Source of the DNA: a virus | Taxonomy: Duplodnaviria; Caudoviricetes | IMG/VR virus record: IMGVR_UViG_3300048852_000118 | Coordinates: 1 to 26,584 of that record | DNA: 26,584 nucleotides | Reading direction: 5' to 3' (one strand) | Shown here: in pieces, positions 17,717 through 25,351 of the stretch | How positions within the stretch are numbered: position 1 is the stretch's first letter | How the letters are laid out: every line of letters begins with the position of its first letter | Translations under genes and position numbers: made by a program | Notes under the pieces: generated by a model | The model's input: only the letters and a program-made list of their open reading frames with translations | Databases searched by the model: none | Told to the model about the DNA's origin: nothing

Positions 17717-18883
17717 CTAGTGAATGTTAGAACACGAAGTGCCGAGGCGATCATGTGTCTGAAAGGTTGAATCTTTCGGGAATTTCCAACGCTCGGCTTC
17801 GATTAAATCGCAGGCGTTATCGATACCGGAATAGAGTTGAGGATCGGCTCCGTACGTTATGCCCCTGCTTGAAAGCGTGGGATCCAAGTAAGCCTCACCA
17901 ATAAGCTGACTGAAAGCATCTTCGTCGAAAGAACCGTCGAGAACTTTTCCGGCGCCGCTCCGCGTTATATGTCCGGCAAATCCACAGACACTGGTTGTAA
18001 CAACTGGTAGACCGTTGACAAGGGCTTCTAAAATGACACCGCCTGTCACCTCAACTCGCGCGGGATGAACTAATATATCCGCAGCAGCCATAGCAGCGAA
18101 AAAGCGATCGTCGGAGATATAGCCAAGGCATTGTATGCGGTCGATAACCCCGAGTCGCCTTGCTCGATCTATGAAAGGCTTCACCTTTCGTGAATTGGAG
18201 TCTAAACCGCCGATAAGGAGCCGCGCGTTCTTGTGAAGGGTGAGCGCTTTAATCACCCGGTCGAGACCCTTTGTGTGCGGTTGAAGTCCCAGCCATAACC
18301 ACACCGGGTCATCCGAAGTCAGCCCTAGTTCTTTCTGCGCGCGCTCCCTCATGATGGACCTAAGTTCTGGTTTTCGGCGTGAGTAGGGAGGTGTGGGAGG
18401 GATAATCGCTATGCGCTCGCGACTGGAGGGATAACGGTCAATGAATTCCTGCATCTGAGGCTCTGCGAGGCCGATTATGCGTGTCATTGAACCGTCTTCG
18501 AAACAGCCCCTTTCCAAGGCAGCATAGGTACCAAATCTCCGTGTCAAACGCTTCATCCAAGGTGTGTCCGCCTTGTCTCGTAAGGTGTCTGCAAGAAAAA
18601 GAACATCGGCGCCAGGTATAGGTTGGAACGCTACGGTTCTGTCGAAGGTACCCTTCGCCGCGCCTACAAACGCTCTTGCGAAGCTTGCCTGGCGCCCATG
18701 GTTCGAATTGGTGAAGCGCGGCAATGCGAGGGACCGAACAGGAAATGGAAGCGCTGGGTAGGCACCGGCCACAAAGGCCATGACCGAATGCCCGCGTTTT
18801 TCGAGTTCGGTGGCAATCCGTATGCAGTTATCTTCCAGTCCGCCCCTCGGGGAAAGGCGATAGATGCCAAGCGCGATTTTCAT
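17717..18883 (-). CDS. waaG: GT4 glycosyltransferase, WaaG/RfaG-like LPS core glucosyltransferase, ~388 aa
   Basis: MKIALGIYRLSPRGGLEDNCIRIA.EL.KRGH.V and AADILVHPARVEVTGGVILEALVNGLPVVTTSVCGFAGHI match WaaG signature regions. GAGGGG RBS before ATG 18883; visibly lower GC than the core genes. Confidence 0.82.
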   Translation of the reverse strand: MKIALGIYRLSPRGGLEDNCIRIATELEKRGHSVMAFVAGAYPALPFPVRSLALPRFTNSNHGRQASFARAFVGAAKGTFDRTVAFQPIPGADVLFLADTLRDKADTPWMKRLTRRFGTYAALERGCFEDGSMTRIIGLAEPQMQEFIDRYPSSRERIAIIPPTPPYSRRKPELRSIMRERAQKELGLTSDDPVWLWLGLQPHTKGLDRVIKALTLHKNARLLIGGLDSNSRKVKPFIDRARRLGVIDRIQCLGYISDDRFFAAMAAADILVHPARVEVTGGVILEALVNGLPVVTTSVCGFAGHITRSGAGKVLDGSFDEDAFSQLIGEAYLDPTLSSRGITYGADPQLYSGIDNACDLIEAERWKFPKDSTFQTHDRLGTSCSNIH

Positions 18884-19540
18884 TGGAGAGAGCCCCCTCG
18901 GTAAAAAGGGCATTCATGCCCCCAATCTTTAGTAGTGTCGAGCCTCGTGACCTCATGCATTCCTGGAGCGTGAAGGTGGCTCGATCACCCATGACATCGC
19001 CTTGGGTCAGGTCAAGGCAAAGTTCACAATCGTACGGCTACACCTCCGTTCACCCACCGCGACCTGGAAACGGGCTCGGCGTGGCCCTGGGTAAGCTGTT
19101 TTCATCAGTCTTTTATACTCTGAACTAGCGACCAAGAACCTCGCCGGCAATCAGACAAGTAGCCGTCCTATGGCTGCAGACCGCCCCGCTCTCTCGCCAT
19201 GGCGGTCTCGGTTCGAGGCGGTACGGCGGAGACTATGTTGTCCGTGCAATCACAACGCCGAAATACTGCGCAAAGCAACACGCTGATAGCCGCGCGCCGT
19301 GGCTGCGAACGATTACGGCTCGACCAGGCAAATCAAGGCCACACCGCGGAAAGGTTCGTTCGAATTGTCAAAGGAAGCAAGCGCAGAGATCGCAGAGGAT
19401 CCGGCTTGGCAGACCCCGCGCCGCCACTTGAGACGCAGCCTATGGTGCCGGTACGTCAGGTTGTTTGTTCCCCACGTAGCTGAGTCTTTTTTTTGACCTG
19501 ACCGCCACGCCCGGCCCTCGAATAGCTTAGGAGATTCCAA

Positions 19541-20659
19541 ATGCCTGGGAGCATTTACGATTGGAGCAAAACGGCCGGTCAGAACGATACAGCCGACCCG
19601 GATATCGACTGGCGTGAAGGAATGTTTCCAGACGCAGTGAACGATTCTTCGCGGCAGATGATGGGCCGGAATGCGGAGTTCCGCGACGACATCACGGGAA
19701 GCCTTGCTGCTGCTGGCACATCCAATGCGATCACGCTAACGGCCAATTCCGCGTTTACGTCACTTGCGAATGGACGGCTGCTGACATTTCGGGCTGCTGC
19801 AAACAACACGGCGGCTGTAACGCTGAACGTCAATAGCCTTGGCTCAAAAGCTATTCGCGCCATAGGGACGGCTGGCGATGTCGACCTAGCCCCCAATGAC
19901 CTTAAAGCGGGGTGCGTCTACACCGTCATTTATTCGGCTACGGCCAACGGCAATTCTGGAGCATGGATCCTTTTCGCTCCTTTCAGCAAGTTCATCGAAG
20001 GATGCCGTATCGACGCCTTCCCAGCCGGCACACGACTGCTTTTTCAGCAGTCGGCCGCTCCCACGGGCTGGACCAAAGACACGACGCACGACAACAAGGC
20101 GCTTCGGGTAGTCAATGGCACTGCTACAACCGGTGGCTCGGTCAGCTTCACGACTGCATTTTCTAGCACTCGTTTGACGACAAGCGTTGCACAGGGCGGC
20201 ACTGTAGGCGGTACGGTAATCACGGTCGCACAGATGCCGGCGCATATTCACGGTCCCGGCAACCTCTCCGGTGGAACTGGCCTAGCTGGCAACCATAGTC
20301 ACGGACCGGGAAATTTGTCAGGCGGCACCAATACTGCCGGCAGCCATTCGCATCCGCGTCTTGGTAACGGCTATCTTTTCAACGGGTCGGGGAGTTTCAC
20401 CAGTACGGTAAGTGGCAACAACGTCACCATCGGTGACGTGCCGGCAGCTGGGGACCACGCCCATTCTGTCTATGTCAACGGCGGCGTGACCTCTGCAGCA
20501 GGGGATCACACTCATCCGGTCTACGTAAATAGCGGCGCTACAGCCGCAGCCGGGTCCGACCAGGCTCACACCCACACTTTCACCGGCGAGGCGCATTCGC
20601 ATACGACAGATCTCGCCGTTCAATACGTCGATGTCATTATCTGCGAGAAGGCGGGGTAA
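19541..20659 (+). CDS. Tail fibre with His-x-His repeats, 372 aa
   Basis: AGGAG RBS; N-terminal attachment region, FPAGT.LLFQQSAAPTGWTK..THDNKALRVV collar-like motif, seven HxH motifs, C-terminal VQYVDVIICEK. Confidence 0.8.
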   Translation: MPGSIYDWSKTAGQNDTADPDIDWREGMFPDAVNDSSRQMMGRNAEFRDDITGSLAAAGTSNAITLTANSAFTSLANGRLLTFRAAANNTAAVTLNVNSLGSKAIRAIGTAGDVDLAPNDLKAGCVYTVIYSATANGNSGAWILFAPFSKFIEGCRIDAFPAGTRLLFQQSAAPTGWTKDTTHDNKALRVVNGTATTGGSVSFTTAFSSTRLTTSVAQGGTVGGTVITVAQMPAHIHGPGNLSGGTGLAGNHSHGPGNLSGGTNTAGSHSHPRLGNGYLFNGSGSFTSTVSGNNVTIGDVPAAGDHAHSVYVNGGVTSAAGDHTHPVYVNSGATAAAGSDQAHTHTFTGEAHSHTTDLAVQYVDVIICEKAG

Positions 20660-20661
20660 CT

Positions 20662-20952
20662 ATGCAGCTCAAGGTCGGCGATTTCTGCCCGCTCATCGGA
20701 AAGGACTGCGTTCAGCTCCAGTGCAAGTTTTTCTGCAAGATCCAGGGCAAGGATACCAATACGGGCAAGGATATCGAAGAGTGGAACTGCGCCATCGCCT
20801 TCCTGCCGCTTCTGCTGATCGAGAACAGCGGTCAGCAACGGCAGACAGGGGCGGCGGTCGAGAGCTTCCGCAACGAGATGGTGAAAGCCAACGAGGTGAA
20901 CCAGCAGGTATTGCTGGCGCAGTTGCGCAGTACCCCGCTCCTGGAGGGCTGA
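20662..20952 (+). CDS. Cys-rich fibre-associated protein (possible fibre chaperone), 96 aa
   Basis: CPLIGKDC...C.FF...WNCAIAFLPLLLIENS.QQRQTGAAVESFRNEMVKAN, a motif I recognise from genes that follow this fibre type. Confidence 0.7.
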   Translation: MQLKVGDFCPLIGKDCVQLQCKFFCKIQGKDTNTGKDIEEWNCAIAFLPLLLIENSGQQRQTGAAVESFRNEMVKANEVNQQVLLAQLRSTPLLEG

Positions 20953-20955
20953 GCC

Positions 20956-22038
20956 ATGCCGTCCATTTTCTCGGCCGACTGGCGCAATGAAGTGAACGCC
21001 GAACTGAGCGGCCTGGATACAGGCCTCGACGGGAAAGCAGACAAGGCGACGACGCTCGCCGGCTATGGCGTCACCGATGCATATACAAAGACGCAGACCG
21101 ACGGTGCTATTGCCGCGGCCTCGACCGACATCTCGGCTCAGCTGGCCTCGAAGCTCGACAAGAGCGCGGCTGTGTCCTTCCTGCGGGCGGACGGCTCCGT
21201 CGTCGCCGATAAACTGACGATCAATTCGCGTATTAGCGGCGGCACCAACGGCCTGCAGCTCCAGTCCAACCAGGCCGATGTAAATCTCTACATGGCTCCT
21301 GGATCTGGCTGGGGCCACTTTCTCCACGCCTCGGGCACGGATTTCTTCATCCTCGCGGACAGGAACCGGAACCGGACTTGGGATACGGGGAATTATCCTC
21401 TCCAGTTGGCCGGCACCAGCAACACCGGCTGGATATATGGCCGGCAGATCTTCACGTTCGCCGGGGGCACCTTGGCGGGGAAGCTGGTCACCCAGCCATT
21501 CAACGCAAACCCCAATCAGAGCGATGGGTCCGCGACCCTGGAGGTACAGGCCGTGAATGCCAGCGGCCATGCCGCTATAGCCTTCCACGTTCCTGGCGCA
21601 TACGGAATAAAGCTCCATTTGCGCAATGACGGCTTCTTTGGGTGGGGTGGCTGGTCGTCGACGCCATGGCGGGTGTATCAGGGACCAGATGGCAATCTCG
21701 TCTCGTCGGGCAACATCACCGCTTACTCGGATCCTCGCCTCAAGGAAAACGTGGAGCGCATCGGCAATGCCCTCTGGATCGTCCAGAAGCTTGACGGTGT
21801 GCGGTTCACTTGGAGCGGCAAATCGGCTTTGATTGGACGACCCGGTAAGCCAGACATCGGCGTGCTCGCGGATCAGGTCGAGGCCGTCCTGCCAGAGATT
21901 GTCGCGTTCTCCATCGAAGACGAAGCGAACGGCAACGAACGTTGGCGCATGGTGGATTATGACAAGCTCGTTCCGGTCTTGATCGAGGCTGTCAAAGAGC
22001 TGGCCGCCCGGATTGACGCCCTGGAAGGTCAGCAATGA
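20956..22038 (+). CDS. Tail fibre/spike with C-terminal Peptidase_S74 chaperone domain, 360 aa
   Basis: TTLAGYGVTDAYTK repeat, GNITAYSDPRLKENV...GVRFTW...IGVLADQVEAVLPEIV...VDYDKLVPVLIEAVKEL. Confidence 0.85.
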   Translation: MPSIFSADWRNEVNAELSGLDTGLDGKADKATTLAGYGVTDAYTKTQTDGAIAAASTDISAQLASKLDKSAAVSFLRADGSVVADKLTINSRISGGTNGLQLQSNQADVNLYMAPGSGWGHFLHASGTDFFILADRNRNRTWDTGNYPLQLAGTSNTGWIYGRQIFTFAGGTLAGKLVTQPFNANPNQSDGSATLEVQAVNASGHAAIAFHVPGAYGIKLHLRNDGFFGWGGWSSTPWRVYQGPDGNLVSSGNITAYSDPRLKENVERIGNALWIVQKLDGVRFTWSGKSALIGRPGKPDIGVLADQVEAVLPEIVAFSIEDEANGNERWRMVDYDKLVPVLIEAVKELAARIDALEGQQ

Positions 22039-22466
22039 CACTTCCCGCAAGTGGTGGCATCAGCCTCGCCCAGGTGAACGCGGAACTGGCTCGCCCGGCT
22101 ACCCAGGTGGTCAGCATGGACGAATGGCCTCTCCGGTGGCTTGCGGGTGCTGGGGGCTCCGGCACGGGCTATTCCATGAGCCAATTCCACGGCAAGAGCG
22201 CAATCATCCGTGAGCCGGCGAGCGGCGAATATGCGCAACGGATCTTCACCAGTTGGAACAATTTCGGTTCCCAGTTGAGGCTCTACTGGGGTGGGGTCCA
22301 CATTTTCACTGGCAACTCGTCGACTACTTCCGCAACAGTCGGCGCGTGGACCTATTTCCGGGGAGGCACGTATCAATACACGTATGAGCAGCAAGACCCT
22401 ACAGGGAATTGGTACACCGTAACGGAAATCTACTACGGCGTCTGGCGGCAGCGCCAAGGCCCTTAA
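22035..22466 (+). CDS. Putative fibre-tip adhesin/receptor-binding protein, 143 aa
   Basis: MTLPASG.ISL.QVNAEL...SM....R.LAG...SMSQFHGKS attachment motif plus a Tyr/Trp/Thr-rich C-terminus. ATGA-coupled to the fibre. Confidence 0.6.
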   Translation: MTLPASGGISLAQVNAELARPATQVVSMDEWPLRWLAGAGGSGTGYSMSQFHGKSAIIREPASGEYAQRIFTSWNNFGSQLRLYWGGVHIFTGNSSTTSATVGAWTYFRGGTYQYTYEQQDPTGNWYTVTEIYYGVWRQRQGP

Positions 22467-22488
22467 ATATCACCAGGAGTCATCGAAT

Positions 22489-22806
22489 ATGGTGCTCAAC
22501 GCACTGTGGGAATTTGGCCAGCTCAAGGGTGATGCGGGGGTGATCCGCGCGGTCGAATGGACCATCGTCTGGACCGATGCGGATTTTCCAGGCACGGAAA
22601 TCGTGTCGTCAGGCATCACTACCGAAGGCGTTGAAATCTCAGCAGATTCCGCGACGAAATCGCAGGTCGAGGCAGCAGTGACTGCCGCCCTGGGCAGCCA
22701 GCTCGACGCGATCCGTGCGCATGTGGTGGAAACAATGCCTGTCCGACACCGGTGGGAAAGCCTGCAGGTGATCGACATTCCAGGCATTGTGATGACCAAT
22801 ACCTAG
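22489..22806 (+). CDS. Hypothetical tail-module protein, 105 aa
   Basis: AGGAG RBS; ORF lies between the adhesin and the endolysin. Confidence 0.6.
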   Translation: MVLNALWEFGQLKGDAGVIRAVEWTIVWTDADFPGTEIVSSGITTEGVEISADSATKSQVEAAVTAALGSQLDAIRAHVVETMPVRHRWESLQVIDIPGIVMTNT

Positions 22807-22934
22807 AGTATGCAGCCAAGTGGAATCACTTGGCGTCGCACTAATACGGCCAAGAGATAGAGCGCCGTTTTCGCGTCTGAATGGACGCACGGCGCTCTAA
22901 TTTCGTTCGATCGTCTCATCAGAAGGAAGTGTTC

Positions 22935-23552
22935 ATGGACCTGAACAAGGGCCACACGCCTCTTATTGTCTCCGAGTGCAAAAAGCGCCGCGTTCTGTGC
23001 AACCAGTGCGCTTACATCCTTGCCACCGCGCACCACGAAACCGGTGGCTACCGCTACATGCGCGAGATCTGGGGCCCGACAGCCGCCCAGAAGCGGTATG
23101 AGGGCCGCAAGGAACTCGGCAACACGGTTGCCGGCGACGGCAAGAAGTTCCTCGGTCGCGGCTTCGTCCAGATCACCGGGCGTCGGAACTATGCCGACTG
23201 GGGCCGCCGTCTCGGGCTTGACCTCCTGAAAGAGCCGCAGCTTGCCGAGCGGCCGGACATTGCGGTCCGGATCCTCGTCGAGGGCATGATGCTCGGCACC
23301 TTCACCGGTCGAAAGCTGGTGGACTTCGTCAACTTCAGCAAGAGCGACTATGCCAACGCCCGTCGAGTCGTAAACGGTACCGACCGCGCAGACCTGATCG
23401 CCGGCTATGCCGATGAATTCGAGGCAGCGTTGCTCGACGCCGACTATGCCGAGAACAGCGCTGCCCCGCCGTCGTCGCCATCCGCCGGATGGCTCGCTCG
23501 CTTCATCGGCGCTCTTGCCTCATGCCTCGCCCGAATTTCCAAAGGAGCCTGA
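22935..23552 (+). CDS. Endolysin, glycoside hydrolase family 19-like, ~205 aa
   Basis: AYILATAHHETG, YEGRKELGN...GDG..FLGRGFVQITGRRNY, ARRVVNGTDRA; AAGGAAG RBS. Confidence 0.88.
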   Translation: MDLNKGHTPLIVSECKKRRVLCNQCAYILATAHHETGGYRYMREIWGPTAAQKRYEGRKELGNTVAGDGKKFLGRGFVQITGRRNYADWGRRLGLDLLKEPQLAERPDIAVRILVEGMMLGTFTGRKLVDFVNFSKSDYANARRVVNGTDRADLIAGYADEFEAALLDADYAENSAAPPSSPSAGWLARFIGALASCLARISKGA

Positions 23553-23553
23553 C

Positions 23554-23754
23554 TTGGCCCCGTTCATCCGCATTTTCCTGAGATACGCAACCCTCCCGCT
23601 TCTGACCATGGGCCTGATCCTCCCTGAAGAACAGCAGGCAATCATCGCCGATCCCGATGTGGTTCGATACGTGGGCGCAGGGCTGGGCTTTCTCGCGCCG
23701 ATCGTGGCGGAAGGCTGGTATTTCCTGGCGCGCCGGCTCGGGTGGTCGAAATGA
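23554..23754 (+). CDS. Putative holin (TTG start), 66 aa
   Basis: AAGGAG RBS; APFIRIFLRY...DPD...EGWY.LARRLGW with two hydrophobic segments, directly after the endolysin. Confidence 0.6.
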   Translation: MAPFIRIFLRYATLPLLTMGLILPEEQQAIIADPDVVRYVGAGLGFLAPIVAEGWYFLARRLGWSK

Positions 23755-23969
23755 GCGGCTGGCTGGTCGCCGCCGGCGGCGCGCTCGCCGCCCTCCTTGT
23801 CGCCTTCCTCCAAGGCCGGCTCTCGGGAGCCGAAGCCGAACGCAAAGCCAACCGTGCGAGAGAAGCCGATGCCTATGAAAAGCATCTTCAGGAGATTGCC
23901 GATGCTGCCAGCGCTCGCAACGCTGTCCGTCCTGACGGCGTGCCAGACGACAAGTATCGGCGCGACTAA
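23751..23969 (+). CDS. Inner-membrane spanin (Rz-like), 72 aa
   Basis: N-terminal TM helix followed by an Ala/Glu/Arg helical region ending DKYRRD; ATGA coupling. Confidence 0.7.
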   Translation: MSGWLVAAGGALAALLVAFLQGRLSGAEAERKANRAREADAYEKHLQEIADAASARNAVRPDGVPDDKYRRD

Positions 23970-24078
23970 GGCGGTGTGCTCAATCTTTCCGCCGATCACC
24001 TATTCGAGCCGCGACACGCCGGAAACGATCATCCAGGTGCGCCGCCACAATGCCGGTTTTGAAAGTTATTGCCGATGA
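23875..24078 (+). CDS. Outer-membrane lipoprotein spanin (Rz1-like), overlapping the i-spanin, 67 aa
   Basis: Signal peptide with lipobox LTAC, then C..F.PITYSSRDTPETI.QVRRHNA....C, in a different frame overlapping the Rz-like gene. Confidence 0.75.
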   Translation: MKSIFRRLPMLPALATLSVLTACQTTSIGATKAVCSIFPPITYSSRDTPETIIQVRRHNAGFESYCR

Positions 24079-24248
24079 ACGAGATGATCGACAGGGCGAC
24101 GAATTACGTCGCCGCGGGCGCGGTGGTGTCGCCCTGGTGGTTGCCGTCGCTTGCCGATGTTTCCGAAACCGCGGCGCTGCTCTTGCCCATCGTAGGACTG
24201 CTCTGGATCGTCGTGCAATTCATCGTGCTGATGTTTCGATCGAAATGA
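24075..24248 (+). CDS. Second small holin-like membrane protein, 57 aa (absent from the ORF track)
   Basis: MNEMIDRATNYVAAGAVVSPWWLPSLADVSETAALLLPIVGLLWIVVQFIVLMFRSK; ATGA-coupled to the o-spanin stop. Confidence 0.7.
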   Translation: MNEMIDRATNYVAAGAVVSPWWLPSLADVSETAALLLPIVGLLWIVVQFIVLMFRSK

Positions 24249-24300
24249 TGGACGGGCCTGACATGGACGAGCGATGTCCGGTCGGTCTTCCCTGCCGGTG

Positions 24301-25107
24301 CTATCCACCGACCCCGAGCGACCGACATTCATCATATGTCGCAGCGACGACAACCGGCAAATCGGTGTCGGGCATCTTATAGCTGTAGCGGTAGACGAGA
24401 CCGTGTTCCTTCATTCCCTCGTACAAATCGGGATTGTCGCAGGCTTGGGCCACTGCGTTCTCGCGCGCGAAGGAACGAACCTGATCGTCCGTGCCGTCGC
24501 GCTGCGATATCTCGAAGTGATAGGTGAGGGTGCGTCCTTCTGCCGAGACCCCTACCAGCGTCGTAACCGAATCGAGTTTCTCCGGAGCCCGGTTCGTAAG
24601 CTCGTCGGCCAGTTGGGCCAGATCACGGGCAACGGGATCGGATCCTTCAGCCTGATCCGCACGCGCCGAGGTCGGCGTTTGTGTCTCCATTAGCGGCGCG
24701 ACGGTCCCGAAATACATATAGGCTGCCATTGCCAGGGTGAGGGCGCCCGCTTCGATCAACTTGCGTCCCCACGAGGCCTCCCGCGCCGTATCCCGCTTCC
24801 GCAGTTCGCGTTCCTGTTCCGCTTGCCTGCCCGTGACGTACAGCTTGCGAAGCATCCAGATCACCGCGCCCCAGAAGACGACGAGAAACGCGATGGCAAA
24901 TGTTCCCATGCCAGGGCCATCATTGGTGGCGATCCGGATCTGGCGCGTGATCAATCCGTCGCCGGTGGGATCTTGCAACGTGCCACCAGCGGCAAACAGA
25001 AGCTCTGCACCGATCATCCACACGAGCAGGATACTGACCCATTTCCAGTATCCAGGTGCGCGGTACCGGACTATACCGGCAAGCGCGATGAAATAAAGAA
25101 TCAACAT
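24301..25107 (-). CDS. Membrane protein with ~4 TM segments and a C-terminal periplasmic domain (AspS/PA3611-like by eye), ~268 aa
   Basis: GAGGGG RBS before ATG 25107; hydrophobic N-half; C-domain APEKLDSVTTL....EGRTLTYHF...C.......G..YRYSY. Confidence 0.65.
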   Translation of the reverse strand: MLILYFIALAGIVRYRAPGYWKWVSILLVWMIGAELLFAAGGTLQDPTGDGLITRQIRIATNDGPGMGTFAIAFLVVFWGAVIWMLRKLYVTGRQAEQERELRKRDTAREASWGRKLIEAGALTLAMAAYMYFGTVAPLMETQTPTSARADQAEGSDPVARDLAQLADELTNRAPEKLDSVTTLVGVSAEGRTLTYHFEISQRDGTDDQVRSFARENAVAQACDNPDLYEGMKEHGLVYRYSYKMPDTDLPVVVAATYDECRSLGVGG

Positions 25108-25351
25108 CGAATGCCCCCTCGCCAAGCACAATATATACGGAAAGGTGATTCAGAAAAACAAGTAAAAGTTGCTGAAAAAGCTGGGTCGGTCACAGCCCGA
25201 GTGATGGCTGCGATCCGGGGTTCTCGTGGAACTGTCGGTGCCTTCCGGACCAAGCAGACTTGCGTGCCTTGGCTGCTTGGTTTCTGGCTTTTGCGCCGGG
25301 CTTGTCAGAACCGGCGACACTTTTGCGGAGCCTGGACCATGCCGCTGTCCC

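Larger units (their letters stand above)
282..24248 (+). mobile_element. P22-like (podovirus) head-tail-lysis module; prophage or domesticated phage-derived element
   Basis: Syntenic terS-terL-portal-scaffold-coat-adaptor-gp10-ejection-fibre-lysis genes. No tape measure, sheath, integrase or replication gene in the window. Confidence 0.88.

Noticed and set aside
22021-22038. Fibre ends EGQQ* like the gp10-like gene, and CAGCAATG recurs at several junctions (also ~15968)
   Set aside because: Too short to be significant. It is explained by an RBS plus ATGA overlap constraint, so it is not counted as a recombination site.
22035-22466. Adhesin C-terminus as a diversity-generating retroelement target
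   Set aside because: No reverse transcriptase and no template-repeat copy seen in the window.
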